Shown here: positions 49,735-59,815 of the stretch, one piece after another | Layout: every line of letters begins with the position of its first letter | Position numbering within the stretch: position 1 is the first letter of the stretch | Notes under the pieces: model-generated | What the model saw: the letters and a program-made list of their open reading frames with translations, nothing else | Database searches by the model: none | What the model was told of the DNA's origin: nothing | Source of the DNA: an uncultured Verrucomicrobiae bacterium | GTDB lineage: Bacteria; Verrucomicrobiota; Verrucomicrobiia; Opitutales; JABDGR01 | Assembly: GCA_963765205.1 (NCBI GenBank) | Contig: CAVXVB010000011.1 | Coordinates: 64,001-128,000 of the forward strand | Direction: 5' to 3' | DNA: 64,000 bases | Made by a program: the position numbers and the translations under genes

Positions 49735-51552
49735 ATGCCAGAACACGATGCCCCCCACCCCGCGGATGCCGCGGACGAACTTTACGAAGGTCATGAATCC
49801 GCCGATGCCCCCGCGCGCGAGCGCCCGGCCCCGGCCAGCACCGGGCTGTCGCCCGAGGACCAGATGCGCCAGCGCCCGGACGAACCGGACCCGGAGCTGA
49901 TCCCCACTGGCGAACTGCGCGACGAGGCCCGCCTGCGCGCCAAAAAATCCCGCCCGCTGCTCAAACGCATCATTGATACTTTTCGCGGCGAGGAAAACCG
50001 CGCCTACCGCGAGCTGATCATCAACGCTGAGCCGCTCGAAAAGCGCGTTGCGCTGCTGGTGGACGGCGTGCTCGAAAAATATGAAGTCGAGCGCAAGGGC
50101 GAAAACCGCCTCGTCAGCGCCGTCTTCAAAGGCCGCATCCAGAACCTCGAAGCCGGCCTCAAAGCTGCGTTCGTGGACATCGGCCTGCCCAAAAACGCCT
50201 TCCTGCATTATTGGGACATTCTCCCCGCCGCCAACGACAGCGCCGTCGAAATCGTCCGCGAAAACCAGTCCGAGGAACAACGCCGCCGCGCGGAGAAAAT
50301 CTCGCTCAAGGACATCCCGCGCCTTTACCCAATCGGCACCGACATCGTGGTGCAGATCACCAAGACGCAAATCGGCACCAAAGGCCCGCGCACGACGACC
50401 AACATCGCCCTGCCCGGCCGCTTCGTCGTGCTCATGCCCTTCTCGGGCGGCTGCGGCATCTCGCGCAAAATCGAGGACCGCCGCGAGCGCGAACGCCTCA
50501 AAAAAGTGCTGCGCGACCTGCAGATTCCCGAAGGCATGGGTGTCATCATCCGCACCGCCGGCGAAGGCAAGAAGACGCGCTACTTTGTGCGCGACTTGTA
50601 TATGCTGCTCAAGTGCTGGGAGGAGATGCAGGAAAAGATGAAGTCCCCCAAGCCCGTCATGCTCTACCAGGAGCCGGACATCATCGAGCGCACCATCCGC
50701 GACTTCCTGACCGAGGACATTGACCGCGTGCTGGTGGACAACGACAAGGACTACGAGCTGATGCTCAAGCTGGTCGGCGAAATCTCGAAGAACTCGATGA
50801 AGAAAATCCAGCGCTACCGCGAAAGCGTGCCCATCTTCGAGCGCTACAACATTGAGCGGCAAATCGAACAGACCTTCCAACGCCGCGTGCCGCTGCCCAG
50901 CGGCGGCGAAATCGTCATCGAGGAGACCGAGGCGCTCGTGGCCATTGACGTGAACACGGGCGGCCATAAAGGCTCGAAGGACGCGGGCAACTTTATCACC
51001 CAGGCGAATCTCGAGGCCGCGAGCGAGGCCGCGCGGCAAATCCGCCTGCGCAACATCGGCGGCCTGATCATCCTGGACTTCATTGACATGAAGCGCCCGC
51101 GCGACCGGCAGGCCGTGTATAACCGGATGCGCGAGGAAATGGAAAAGGACAAGGCCAAGAGCCACGTCCTGCCCATCTCGGCCCTTGGCATCATGCAGAT
51201 GTCCCGCCAGCGCCACGAGCAGTCCATGACCTCGGGCATTTACACCGGCTGCCCGTATTGCCACGGGCGCGGCATCGTGAAAAGCCCGCGCTCGATGAGC
51301 GTCGAGATTCAGCGGCGCCTGCTCTCGCATGTGCGCCGGCTGCGCACCCGTTCCGAAAACCAGGGCCGCGAGCTGCGCTTCCGCATCCTCCTGCACCCGG
51401 CCAATCTCGAGCGCCTGCGCACGGAGGACGAACAACACCTGCTCGACTTCGAGCAGGCCTACCACGTCAACCTCGCCTTCCGCGCCGACCCCTCCTACCA
51501 CGTCGAAAACTTCAAGCTGCTCGACGCGGACACGGGGGCGGAGTTGCGGTGA
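49735..51552 (+). CDS. Ribonuclease E/G family
   Basis: [53 protein letters not shown]. Confidence 0.96.
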   Translation: MPEHDAPHPADAADELYEGHESADAPARERPAPASTGLSPEDQMRQRPDEPDPELIPTGELRDEARLRAKKSRPLLKRIIDTFRGEENRAYRELIINAEPLEKRVALLVDGVLEKYEVERKGENRLVSAVFKGRIQNLEAGLKAAFVDIGLPKNAFLHYWDILPAANDSAVEIVRENQSEEQRRRAEKISLKDIPRLYPIGTDIVVQITKTQIGTKGPRTTTNIALPGRFVVLMPFSGGCGISRKIEDRRERERLKKVLRDLQIPEGMGVIIRTAGEGKKTRYFVRDLYMLLKCWEEMQEKMKSPKPVMLYQEPDIIERTIRDFLTEDIDRVLVDNDKDYELMLKLVGEISKNSMKKIQRYRESVPIFERYNIERQIEQTFQRRVPLPSGGEIVIEETEALVAIDVNTGGHKGSKDAGNFITQANLEAASEAARQIRLRNIGGLIILDFIDMKRPRDRQAVYNRMREEMEKDKAKSHVLPISALGIMQMSRQRHEQSMTSGIYTGCPYCHGRGIVKSPRSMSVEIQRRLLSHVRRLRTRSENQGRELRFRILLHPANLERLRTEDEQHLLDFEQAYHVNLAFRADPSYHVENFKLLDADTGAELR

Positions 51553-51582
51553 AACCGCGAATTCGCCTGCCCCAGCCGATAC

Positions 51583-51617
51583 TTGACAAACGATAAAACG
51601 TCACGTAACGTTTTATC
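51583..51617 (+). promoter_or_regulatory. Sigma70-like promoter with overlapping palindromic operator
   Basis: TTGACA (51583-51588), 17-bp spacer, TAACGT (51606-51611); perfect 10-bp inverted repeat GATAAAACGT / ACGTTTTATC ending at the base before ATG 51618. Confidence 0.75.
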
Positions 51618-52169
51618 ATGGCGGGGATATCGCGTGACTTGATTATGCGGGCGTTGCGGCGGCTGGGCGAACTCGCCCTCGCCGAGGGCTTGACGCTGGA
51701 GTTGTGCCTCTACGGCGGCACCGCCCTCATGCTGGCTTATGGCAACCGCGCCGCGACCCGGGACGTGGATGCTTCCATAAATCCACGCGAACACGGAATG
51801 CGCCTGGCAAAAATCGTTGCCGTCGAGCTGGGCCTCCCGGATGACTGGCTCAATGACCAGATGAAGGTCTTTTTTGCACCCATCGGCGCCCGGCGCGCGC
51901 TGCCTTTGGACATACCCGGACTAAAGCTGTATATTGCAACCGCCAGTTATTTGCTGGCGCTTAAAGCCCTCGCCTGCCGCCTGCCCAATCCGCGCCGCCG
52001 GGGCGACTTGGAGGATTTGAAATTTCTCATCCACAAAATGGAAATCACCTCGCTGGACGAAATCCAGCGCCACATTGACCGATTCTATCCCGACGACGTG
52101 CCGACGCCGGCCCAACAGGAAATCATGAAAGGCATTATTGAGGAGGTGGCCCGTGAACGTAAAAAATGA
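51618..52169 (+). CDS. Nucleotidyltransferase (DUF6036/AbiEii-like), putative toxin
   Basis: LYGGTALML...TRDVD pol-beta-type motif, WLND, LLALKALA..R..DLEDL. Confidence 0.8.
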   Translation: MAGISRDLIMRALRRLGELALAEGLTLELCLYGGTALMLAYGNRAATRDVDASINPREHGMRLAKIVAVELGLPDDWLNDQMKVFFAPIGARRALPLDIPGLKLYIATASYLLALKALACRLPNPRRRGDLEDLKFLIHKMEITSLDEIQRHIDRFYPDDVPTPAQQEIMKGIIEEVARERKK

Positions 52170-52713
52170 ATATCGCTATCGTCCCCGGTTTAAACCGGAA
52201 AAAGACCGCGAGCACCGCCGCCCCTACACCTTAAAGGAAGCGGCGGAGTGGTCCCGCACGCCGGATGAGTTCGGCTTGAACACGGGCGATTGGGAACATG
52301 AAATCACCCGACGGATAACCAGCCGCCCCGAGCTGGCTGCGCGCCTGGCGGAAGCGCCGCCACTCCTCGCCGGAAAATTCCCCGAGGGCGATGTTTACGA
52401 CGCCTACATGGCCGCGCTCGCGGAATGGCTCTCCGACCGCAATCACATCCCGCGGCCGGAATGGGTGTATGACAAACGCCGCATGGCGCGCGAGCCGTGG
52501 TTTTCGACGCCGACCTACGCGACCCTGCTCGTGCATACGCCCGCTTCGTTCAAGCAACGCAACATCTTCACCATTCCCGAACCGCTCTTCCGCCCGCGCG
52601 CGGGCCGGCCCAAGGCGCCGGAGTGGGAGAAGCGCGAGAAGGCCGCGCTACGCCAGAAGCGCTACCGCGACCGCGTCAAGGCGCTCCTTAAAAAAGCGCG
52701 CGCTAAAAAATAG
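52153..52713 (+). CDS. Putative antitoxin/partner of the nucleotidyltransferase
   Basis: Overlaps the upstream stop; DAYMAALAEWL...PEWV...PWF...TPASFKQRNIF; basic C-terminal GRPK plus RQKRYRDR helix. Confidence 0.7.
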   Translation: MNVKNEYRYRPRFKPEKDREHRRPYTLKEAAEWSRTPDEFGLNTGDWEHEITRRITSRPELAARLAEAPPLLAGKFPEGDVYDAYMAALAEWLSDRNHIPRPEWVYDKRRMAREPWFSTPTYATLLVHTPASFKQRNIFTIPEPLFRPRAGRPKAPEWEKREKAALRQKRYRDRVKALLKKARAKK

Positions 52714-52797
52714 CGACGTTTGGCCGTCGGCGCGGTTTAATCGGTCATCCCGTCCCCCCCGCCGCCTTCGTCCTTCCGTTGCCCGTCTGCTTTCGTC

Positions 52798-53703
52798 ATG
52801 CTTGCCCCGATTATGAAAGCCCCGGAAGAGATTGCGGTCAAAGGCGCCGAGGCCGGGGGCATCGCCGGCTTGTTCATCGGCGTGGCCAACGCGGTCTGGA
52901 CCTGGCAGCTAAACGGCGCGGGCTGGATCACCCTGATCGAGGTGGCACTGCAGGTCGTGCTCTGGACGTTTGCCGGCGTGCTGCTCGGCGGCGGGGTGGC
53001 GTGGCTCGTCCTGTGGATGGCCGGGCGCAAATTTGGCGCGGGCGCGGCAACGGGCGCGAACCCGGGCGCCGACCTTGTTTTATTCAAATCGAATTCCTTG
53101 CGCTGTCTCGAAGCCGAGACGCATAAAAGCTACCTCGAGATCACCGGCCATGTGGCCGCCGTGGACGTGCATCTGGACGCCGCCGAGCAGGAATTTGCCG
53201 AAGGCGCCTTTGCCCCGTTTTGGGACGAGGTCGAGCACGCCGCCAACGAACTCGCGGCCTATAAAAACGAAGTCGAGCACCTGCGCCGCAGCGTCCACGC
53301 CTATCAGGACGAGGCCGTTGATCTGGAAAAAATCACCGGCGCGGCCCCCGAGCTGAATTTCCCGCGCGACCAACTGCCCGACGCCCGCCCCGCCGCTGCG
53401 CGCTTCGCCGCCATCGTGCGCAAGGCGCAGACGAATTTCCAGTTCGCGGTGATCTTCGAGCAACGCAAAACGAACCACCTGCTCCATTCCGGCTTCGGCA
53501 CGCTCGGCGCGGCCATCCACACCCTCGGCGAATCCATCAACCACTCCCTCGACACGCTCACCCAGACGCTCAGCACCAAGTCCATTGGCTGGTCGCCGAA
53601 AAAGGCCCTCGAGCGCCAGTTCATGAAAAATTCCGCCGACCCCCAGCAAGAGCAAGCGGACCGCATTGAACGCATTCACCATCACGGCAAGCCGGGGCTT
53701 TGA
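52798..53703 (+). CDS. Hypothetical membrane protein with helical soluble domain
   Basis: Two N-terminal hydrophobic segments; fills the gap co-directionally. Confidence 0.7.
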   Translation: MLAPIMKAPEEIAVKGAEAGGIAGLFIGVANAVWTWQLNGAGWITLIEVALQVVLWTFAGVLLGGGVAWLVLWMAGRKFGAGAATGANPGADLVLFKSNSLRCLEAETHKSYLEITGHVAAVDVHLDAAEQEFAEGAFAPFWDEVEHAANELAAYKNEVEHLRRSVHAYQDEAVDLEKITGAAPELNFPRDQLPDARPAAARFAAIVRKAQTNFQFAVIFEQRKTNHLLHSGFGTLGAAIHTLGESINHSLDTLTQTLSTKSIGWSPKKALERQFMKNSADPQQEQADRIERIHHHGKPGL

Positions 53704-53803
53704 CTAAACCGCAGGCTTGCCCCGGGGCGGCCGGGTGTTTAGCAAGTAACCCAGCACTAGGAACTAGAACACCAAGAACTAGCGCACCAGAAAACTTCCC
53801 CCC

Positions 53804-54856
53804 ATGCCCCATCGCGTCCTCATCCTCGGCGTCAACGGTTTCATCGGCAACAGCCTCACCTGGCACATCCTCAACACCCACGACTGGGAGGTGTATGGCA
53901 TGGACATGGCGGCGAACAAGCTGGAGCACTGCATGGAGCACCCGCGCTTCAAGTTCTTCGAGGGCGACATCACGATCAACAAGGAGTGGATCGAATACCA
54001 CGTCCGCAAGTGCGACACGGTGGTGCCCCTCGTCGCCATCGCCACGCCCGCGCTCTACGTCAAGGACCCCATCCGCGTTTACGAACTGGATTTCGAGGCC
54101 AACATCGAGATCGTGCGCAAATGCGTCAAGCACCGCAAGCGCCTCGTGTTCCCCTCGACCTCTGAGCTTTACGGCATGTGCCCGGACAAGGAATTCGACG
54201 AATACACCAGCAACCTCGTCCTCGGCCCGATTCCCAAGCAGCGGTGGATTTATTCGTGCATCAAGCAGCTCCTTGACCGCGTCATCTACGCCTACGGCGA
54301 GACGGTGGGGCTGGACTACACGCTCTTCCGCCCCTTCAATTTCGTAGGCCCCAAACTCGACGACATCAACGAGCCGAAGGAAGGCTCCTCGCGCGTCGTC
54401 ACGCAATTCCTGCACAACGTGATTCACGGCCGGCCCATCAAGCTCGTGGACGGCGGCCACCAGCGGCGCTCTTTCACCTTCATTGACGACGGTGTGGACG
54501 CCATCACGCGCATGATCGAAAACAAAAACGGCTGCGCCTCGAAGAAAATCTTCAACGTCGGCAACCCGAAAATGGATTTCTCCGTGCGCGAACTCGCGGA
54601 AATGCTCCTCGACCTCATCGCCAAATACCCCGGCTACAAGGACGTGAAGAAACGCATCAAACTCGAGGAAGTCACCAGTTCCGAATATTACGGCGCGGCC
54701 TACCAGGACGTGACGCACCGCGTGCCCTCCGTCAAGGAAGCCGAAAAGCATCTCGGCTGGAAACCGACGACGGACCTGCGCACGGCGCTCAAGCTCACGC
54801 TCGACTACCATCTGCTGCACAAGGACTACGAATTGAACAAAATGCAGACTCGGTGA
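53804..54856 (+). CDS. arnA: UDP-glucuronic acid oxidase/decarboxylase (stand-alone ArnA dehydrogenase domain)
   Basis: VLILGVNGFIG, EWIEYHVRKCD, PLVAIATP, LDFEAN, FPSTSE.YG, RWIYS..KQLLDRVI, GSSRV. Confidence 0.9.
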   Translation: MPHRVLILGVNGFIGNSLTWHILNTHDWEVYGMDMAANKLEHCMEHPRFKFFEGDITINKEWIEYHVRKCDTVVPLVAIATPALYVKDPIRVYELDFEANIEIVRKCVKHRKRLVFPSTSELYGMCPDKEFDEYTSNLVLGPIPKQRWIYSCIKQLLDRVIYAYGETVGLDYTLFRPFNFVGPKLDDINEPKEGSSRVVTQFLHNVIHGRPIKLVDGGHQRRSFTFIDDGVDAITRMIENKNGCASKKIFNVGNPKMDFSVRELAEMLLDLIAKYPGYKDVKKRIKLEEVTSSEYYGAAYQDVTHRVPSVKEAEKHLGWKPTTDLRTALKLTLDYHLLHKDYELNKMQTR

Positions 54857-54865
54857 GTGGCCTGC

Positions 54866-56623
54866 TCAATTCGTCAGTTCCGCCGACAAGTCGAAGTGCT
54901 CGAAGGCGTGGCCGAGGATATAAATTGCGGTGGCGCCCTCAATGGCCAGCACGGCGGCCCCGGCCAGCGCGCCGAGCGGCACGGCCACGGTCGGGCCGAC
55001 CACCAGGCCGACGAGAAAAAATACCAGCCAAAAGATCAGCCCCGCGGGCAACACGGCCACGAACAGGACCACCATCTGGCCGAAGACCAGGATGATGTTT
55101 TGCCCGAAGTTCTCGATGCCGCGCGGCGCGTTCTTGTCGAACCGCACCCAACTCGGCATCACCAGCGCCACGGCGTTCGGGATGATGAGCATGACCAGGT
55201 CAACCGCCGGGGCGACGAGGGCGGCGGCCAGCGCAAGGCTCACGCGCAAGCCCAGCGGAACCCCCGCCCCGGCCGGCCCGCCACCCTGAGTGAGCAGGCT
55301 GGCGGCCCCCAGGATGAGCAGCCATTGCCCCACCGTTAAAATGACCACGGGCGCGAGCAGCTCGCCGAGCACCACTTGCCAGCCGGGCAGCGGGTAGAGT
55401 TTGAGTTGGTCCATGAGGCGGATGTCCATGCGAAAATCCATGCGCAACAAATTTTGCCCGATGAACATGCTCACCATAAACAACATCAAGCAGAGCACTC
55501 CGGCGAATTGCGCCGCGTTGGCGTTGCCCCGCCCTGGGTGCAGCATCGTGACAACGACGAAGCCAATTAATCCCAGGCGCAGCAGCATTCGCGGGGAAAA
55601 GAAGCTCCCGGCCAGGATCAAATTCTTCCACAAAAACGCCACCGACGGCAGGCCGAGGGGGGCGAGCGGGAAGGGCGCGCGCCGCGCTTTGGTCGGCGTC
55701 AGGCCGCGGCCGCGCCACTCCCGCATGGCCGCGATGCGCGTCGCCAGTGTTTGCGAGTAAGCCAACGACGCCTCCTCGAACGCGACATCCGCGCGCATCA
55801 CGAGGATATAGTGCAGCGCCAGGATCGCCAGCGCCGGGCCAAACGCGAGGAGGAAGGACCCGGCGTCCGGCGCGAAATAGGGCCGCACCACCAGCCGGAA
55901 GGGGTAAAGCAGATACGGCGTGACGCCGGCGGAAAGGATGGTCCGCATCCAGGCTACCACCTCGGTGAAGCTGGCATTATCCGGCGGCGGGCCGGGCCAG
56001 CTCCGCCAACTTGTCACAACCACCGCGCCCAGCGCCACCGCGAGGCCGGTCAAAATTATCGCGCGCCGCTTCCAGTTGGTGATGCCGCGGTCGAACAGCA
56101 TCGAGCGCGCGAACGAGGCCGCGATCAGGTTCAAATTCAACGTCGAGAGGATGACCCACCAGCCCAGCACGGAAATCCAGACGTGGCCGCCGTAACGCCA
56201 GCGGCCCAAAATGAGGGTGAGGAACAGCGTGGAAAACAAAATGCCAAGCTGCGAGCGCACCAGCTTGTAGTGGATCAGCCCGCGGCGGGTGATCGGTGCG
56301 GGAAACAAAAAAGCCACCTCCGCCTCGGAAAACGCCAAGGCCGCGCGCTCGTTGGGCAGCAGCCAGCCCAGCAGCATGAAGCCCAGCAGGAACACCGCGG
56401 CGACGGACTCCAACCCCGCGGCCAGCGCCGAGCCGGCCAGCAGCGAATTCGCGGGGTCGGCGCGAACCGAACCCAGAAAAACGATCCAGGAGAAATAAAA
56501 CACGAAATACGCCCCGCCAATGATGGCGCCAATCAAGTATTTCGGATGCTTGAGCCGCCCCAGCCGCGCGCGCAGGCGGTTGCGGATCGAGTTAATTTGC
56601 AGGTAGAACAGCGCGGAAATCAT
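54866..56623 (-). CDS. Putative ABC exporter permease
   Basis: Many TM helices; FSEAEVAFLFPAPITRR; ATGA overlap with the ATPase gene. Confidence 0.85.
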   Translation of the reverse strand: MISALFYLQINSIRNRLRARLGRLKHPKYLIGAIIGGAYFVFYFSWIVFLGSVRADPANSLLAGSALAAGLESVAAVFLLGFMLLGWLLPNERAALAFSEAEVAFLFPAPITRRGLIHYKLVRSQLGILFSTLFLTLILGRWRYGGHVWISVLGWWVILSTLNLNLIAASFARSMLFDRGITNWKRRAIILTGLAVALGAVVVTSWRSWPGPPPDNASFTEVVAWMRTILSAGVTPYLLYPFRLVVRPYFAPDAGSFLLAFGPALAILALHYILVMRADVAFEEASLAYSQTLATRIAAMREWRGRGLTPTKARRAPFPLAPLGLPSVAFLWKNLILAGSFFSPRMLLRLGLIGFVVVTMLHPGRGNANAAQFAGVLCLMLFMVSMFIGQNLLRMDFRMDIRLMDQLKLYPLPGWQVVLGELLAPVVILTVGQWLLILGAASLLTQGGGPAGAGVPLGLRVSLALAAALVAPAVDLVMLIIPNAVALVMPSWVRFDKNAPRGIENFGQNIILVFGQMVVLFVAVLPAGLIFWLVFFLVGLVVGPTVAVPLGALAGAAVLAIEGATAIYILGHAFEHFDLSAELTN

Positions 56624-57405
56624 GAGGGGAGGATGGGCGGTGGCACCACGGGCGGATTTTCGGAACCGCCGGGCGGCGGCGCGGGCGCGTCGCCGGTGGC
56701 GCTGAAAAAGATGTCCTCCAGATTCGCGTCCGGCTGCGTGGCGAAGCGCCGGGTGATTTCCGCCATCGAGCCGTGCGCTACCATCTGGCCGGCTTTGAGA
56801 ATGAGGATGTGCGTGCAGATTTCCTCGACGAGGTGCAGCAGGTGCGAACTTAAAATGACAGCGCCACCCTCGCGCGCGCGCTGGGTGATGGAGGCCTTCA
56901 TCTTGCGGATGCCCAGCGGGTCGAGGCCGGTGAGCGGCTCGTCAAAATACATGGCCTTGGGCGAATGGAGCAGGCCACAGGCGATGGCGAGTTTTTGCTT
57001 CATCCCGCGCGAGAGTTCGGCGGGCAGGGCGTCGCGCTTGTCCGTCAATTCCAGCTCGGCCAGCAGCGCCTCGCCGCGCGGCGCGTAATCGGCGACTTGG
57101 TAAATCCGCGCGATGAACACCAGGTGCTGCCAGACGGTCAGGTAATCGAACAGCCGCGGTTCGTCCGGAAAAAACGCCAGTTGCGCCTTTGCGCCAATCG
57201 GGTTTTGCGCGAGGTCGCACCCGTTGATCACGATGCTGCCGCGCGTCGGCGGGATCAGGCCGGCGAGGCAGCGCAGCGTAGTCGTCTTGCCCGCGCCGTT
57301 GGGGCCGACCAACCCCATCACTTCGCCGGCACGCACAGTGAACGACAAGCCGTTGACGGCCACAAAGGCGCCGTAGAGTTTGGTGAGGCCGGCGATTTCA
57401 ATCAT
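56620..57405 (-). CDS. ABC transporter ATP-binding protein
   Basis: GPNGAGKTT, LSRGMKQK, FDEP, SSH. Confidence 0.96.
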   Translation of the reverse strand: MIEIAGLTKLYGAFVAVNGLSFTVRAGEVMGLVGPNGAGKTTTLRCLAGLIPPTRGSIVINGCDLAQNPIGAKAQLAFFPDEPRLFDYLTVWQHLVFIARIYQVADYAPRGEALLAELELTDKRDALPAELSRGMKQKLAIACGLLHSPKAMYFDEPLTGLDPLGIRKMKASITQRAREGGAVILSSHLLHLVEEICTHILILKAGQMVAHGSMAEITRRFATQPDANLEDIFFSATGDAPAPPPGGSENPPVVPPPILPS

Positions 57406-57432
57406 AGGGTGAAAAAATAGGGAGGGCGGCGC

Positions 57433-58707
57433 TCAATTGGAGGGCGGCGCCGGCTTCGGTGGCGCGGGCAGGCTTTGTGCGCCGAGAAAAGGCGAGAATG
57501 AGCCCGCCTCCGGGGTCTGCATGGGCGGGGGGGCGGGTTCGGGCGCGGAAGTGGGCGCGGGTGGCTTCGGCAGCGCGGGTAGGGGCGTAGCCGTCGGCGT
57601 CGGCACCGGGCTGTCCGTCTGCGCTGTCACTGTCGGTGACTGGTGCGGCTGCGGGCGGTAAACTGGCGCGGCGCTCAAGCCCGGCGGCAGCGGTGGCGCG
57701 TCCGGCTCAACCGGCGCGCGGACGAGCGCGGGGGGCGCAACGGGACCGGAATCACCGGCGATCGAATAGTGGATAGCCTGCTCCAGACTCACGGCAAAGG
57801 TCACATCTGTTTCCGTCATGCCGGCCATGATGTCGCCCGACTGGCCCTGATGGTCCACCAGGACGCTTTGCTTCAAATCATATTGGCCCGGCCCGGGCTT
57901 CAGCGGCGCCGTTACCGTCAGCTTGAAACTCACCAAGGAAGGCCGCGCGTGGATGCTGGGCAGAAAAGGCGGTTTCACATCGCCCAGGGTATATTCGCTA
58001 TGGACGATGCCGCGCGGGGCGCCCGAACTGTCGGAAATCACCTTGAGAAACGACACGCCACCCGCCACCCCACGCACTCCCGGAAACAGGTCGGCCAGAT
58101 CCGAATTCAGCATGGCCTTTTCATTGACCGGCCATTCCGCGCCGGCAGCCACCGGGTTGGGCGGCCCGAGCCAATCGTTGCTCGTGCTGCGTTCGTCCCC
58201 CATCGGAATGAGGACGCTCAGCCGGGCCGCAAGTTGCGCGCTGGGTGCCTGGCCATTGATGGCGAACGCGATTTGCCCGTCCTTTTGCTTCCGCGCGCCA
58301 ATGATGGAGGCGGCGGGAATGAGTTCCTGCACATGGCCGGCATTGTCCACCACGACACAACGCGTGACGAGGAACTCCGCTTCACGCAACGAACCGTTTT
58401 TGAAGACTTCCCGCGCCAGCGCCAGATCGGCCGAAAACCGGACGACAAAGTCGTCCTGGGCATTTTCCACATCGTCGTTGCGCAAATCGGGGCCGCTCGC
58501 CTGCACCCGGCGGTTGGCCTTGTCCACGCGCATCAAGCTCTGGTAGGTGGCGTTCGCGCTATAGCTGAAGACCTGCCCGGCGGTGAATTGGGGACCCAAT
58601 TGCGGGCGGTATTTTTCACCCGCGGGCGCATTGTCCGCCGCGGCCAGCAGCCCTGCGGCGGCGAACGCGGCGCAGGCGAGAATCACTCCGGGGCGCAATC
58701 GGTGCAT
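57433..58707 (-). CDS. Hypothetical secreted protein with Pro-rich C-terminus
   Basis: Signal peptide; PQFTAGQVFS and GPPNPVAAGAEWPV motifs shared with the upstream lipoprotein. Confidence 0.75.
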   Translation of the reverse strand: MHRLRPGVILACAAFAAAGLLAAADNAPAGEKYRPQLGPQFTAGQVFSYSANATYQSLMRVDKANRRVQASGPDLRNDDVENAQDDFVVRFSADLALAREVFKNGSLREAEFLVTRCVVVDNAGHVQELIPAASIIGARKQKDGQIAFAINGQAPSAQLAARLSVLIPMGDERSTSNDWLGPPNPVAAGAEWPVNEKAMLNSDLADLFPGVRGVAGGVSFLKVISDSSGAPRGIVHSEYTLGDVKPPFLPSIHARPSLVSFKLTVTAPLKPGPGQYDLKQSVLVDHQGQSGDIMAGMTETDVTFAVSLEQAIHYSIAGDSGPVAPPALVRAPVEPDAPPLPPGLSAAPVYRPQPHQSPTVTAQTDSPVPTPTATPLPALPKPPAPTSAPEPAPPPMQTPEAGSFSPFLGAQSLPAPPKPAPPSN

Positions 58708-58780
58708 GGGCGGGGTGGGGCATTCTGCCCACTGGCCGTCATTTTGGAAAGGCTAAACCAACTCCTTCCCCGGCGCGCGC

Positions 58781-59707
58781 CTAAAGATAGGTAACGACCG
58801 AAGTCTTTTTCTGTTCGCCGCTGGTCGATATCTTCAGTTGAACGCCCTGCTGGTCGCCATGGGCATCCAGCTTTATCGTCATGCTGGTGCTTTCCTTGTC
58901 GGTGCCTTTGGGGACGGCGGGTATGGTGCCGTCAATTTGCATCGCGCCGCTGGAAGAATCAATCGTCATCGTCACGCCCGGGGGCAGGGGCGGCTTGACT
59001 CCATCCAATTTGACCTGGCCGGAAACCGTGATGACCTGGCTGTCACCCGTGCCGGTGAGACCGTCCAGCTTCATGGTGCCGTTGATGGCCGCGACATCAC
59101 CAATCTCTTCCTTGAAGGAGGCAATCAAAGCCGCCGAATCCACCGGCCAGGTATCGCCGATGGCCACGGGCGCCTTTGGCCCAAACAAGGTTTGGTCAGT
59201 GTGTTTTTCGTCGCCCAGGTCAAAAACATCGCGCAAAACTTTTGCAATGCCGACATCGGCGGGCTGGTCGTTGACCGTGACGCTGGCGTCGGTGCCGGTT
59301 TTTGCCACCACGATTTTGGCGCCCGCTGCCGGCAGGTTGGGCAGGGCGGTCTTGTCGTTCGTGGCCGTGATGCTCTTGAGCGTGAGGGCGATTTTCTGGG
59401 GGCTGCCATTGGGATACACCGCCAGGATTTCGCCATCCGCCTCGATGTGCGCCGACATCTCCGTGTTCTGGTTCTGGTCTTGGGGCGTGGGCATGCCGGG
59501 AATGGTGATCGCAATTTTGGTTTGCTCGGAATGGGACAAATCCGTGACCACGGAAAATTTCTGGCCCACTTTGAATGCCGGGCTTAAAGCAATCGTATAG
59601 GTCTTCGGGGTGGCGGGAGCGGCGGGTTCGTTGCTCTTCGAACAACCCACCAGCGCCGTCAAAGCCAGCACGGAGGTGAGGGTGGAAAGGCGGAAGGGTA
59701 GCGACAT
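58781..59707 (-). CDS. Hypothetical lipoprotein
   Basis: Lipobox LVGC; PAFKVGQKFS and GPKAPVAIGDTWPV. Confidence 0.8.
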   Translation of the reverse strand: MSLPFRLSTLTSVLALTALVGCSKSNEPAAPATPKTYTIALSPAFKVGQKFSVVTDLSHSEQTKIAITIPGMPTPQDQNQNTEMSAHIEADGEILAVYPNGSPQKIALTLKSITATNDKTALPNLPAAGAKIVVAKTGTDASVTVNDQPADVGIAKVLRDVFDLGDEKHTDQTLFGPKAPVAIGDTWPVDSAALIASFKEEIGDVAAINGTMKLDGLTGTGDSQVITVSGQVKLDGVKPPLPPGVTMTIDSSSGAMQIDGTIPAVPKGTDKESTSMTIKLDAHGDQQGVQLKISTSGEQKKTSVVTYL

Positions 59708-59815
59708 GGGGAACGAAGGCTGAGACCACCCCCCCGCCACTGTCAACCCCATACTATCCTATCTCCCCGTCCCGTCCCCTCCGGGAGGCTTCCCCTCGCT
59801 GTCCAACATTCCATT

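Noticed and set aside
49717..51501. 594-aa minus-strand ORF
   Set aside because: Antisense shadow of RNase E/G.
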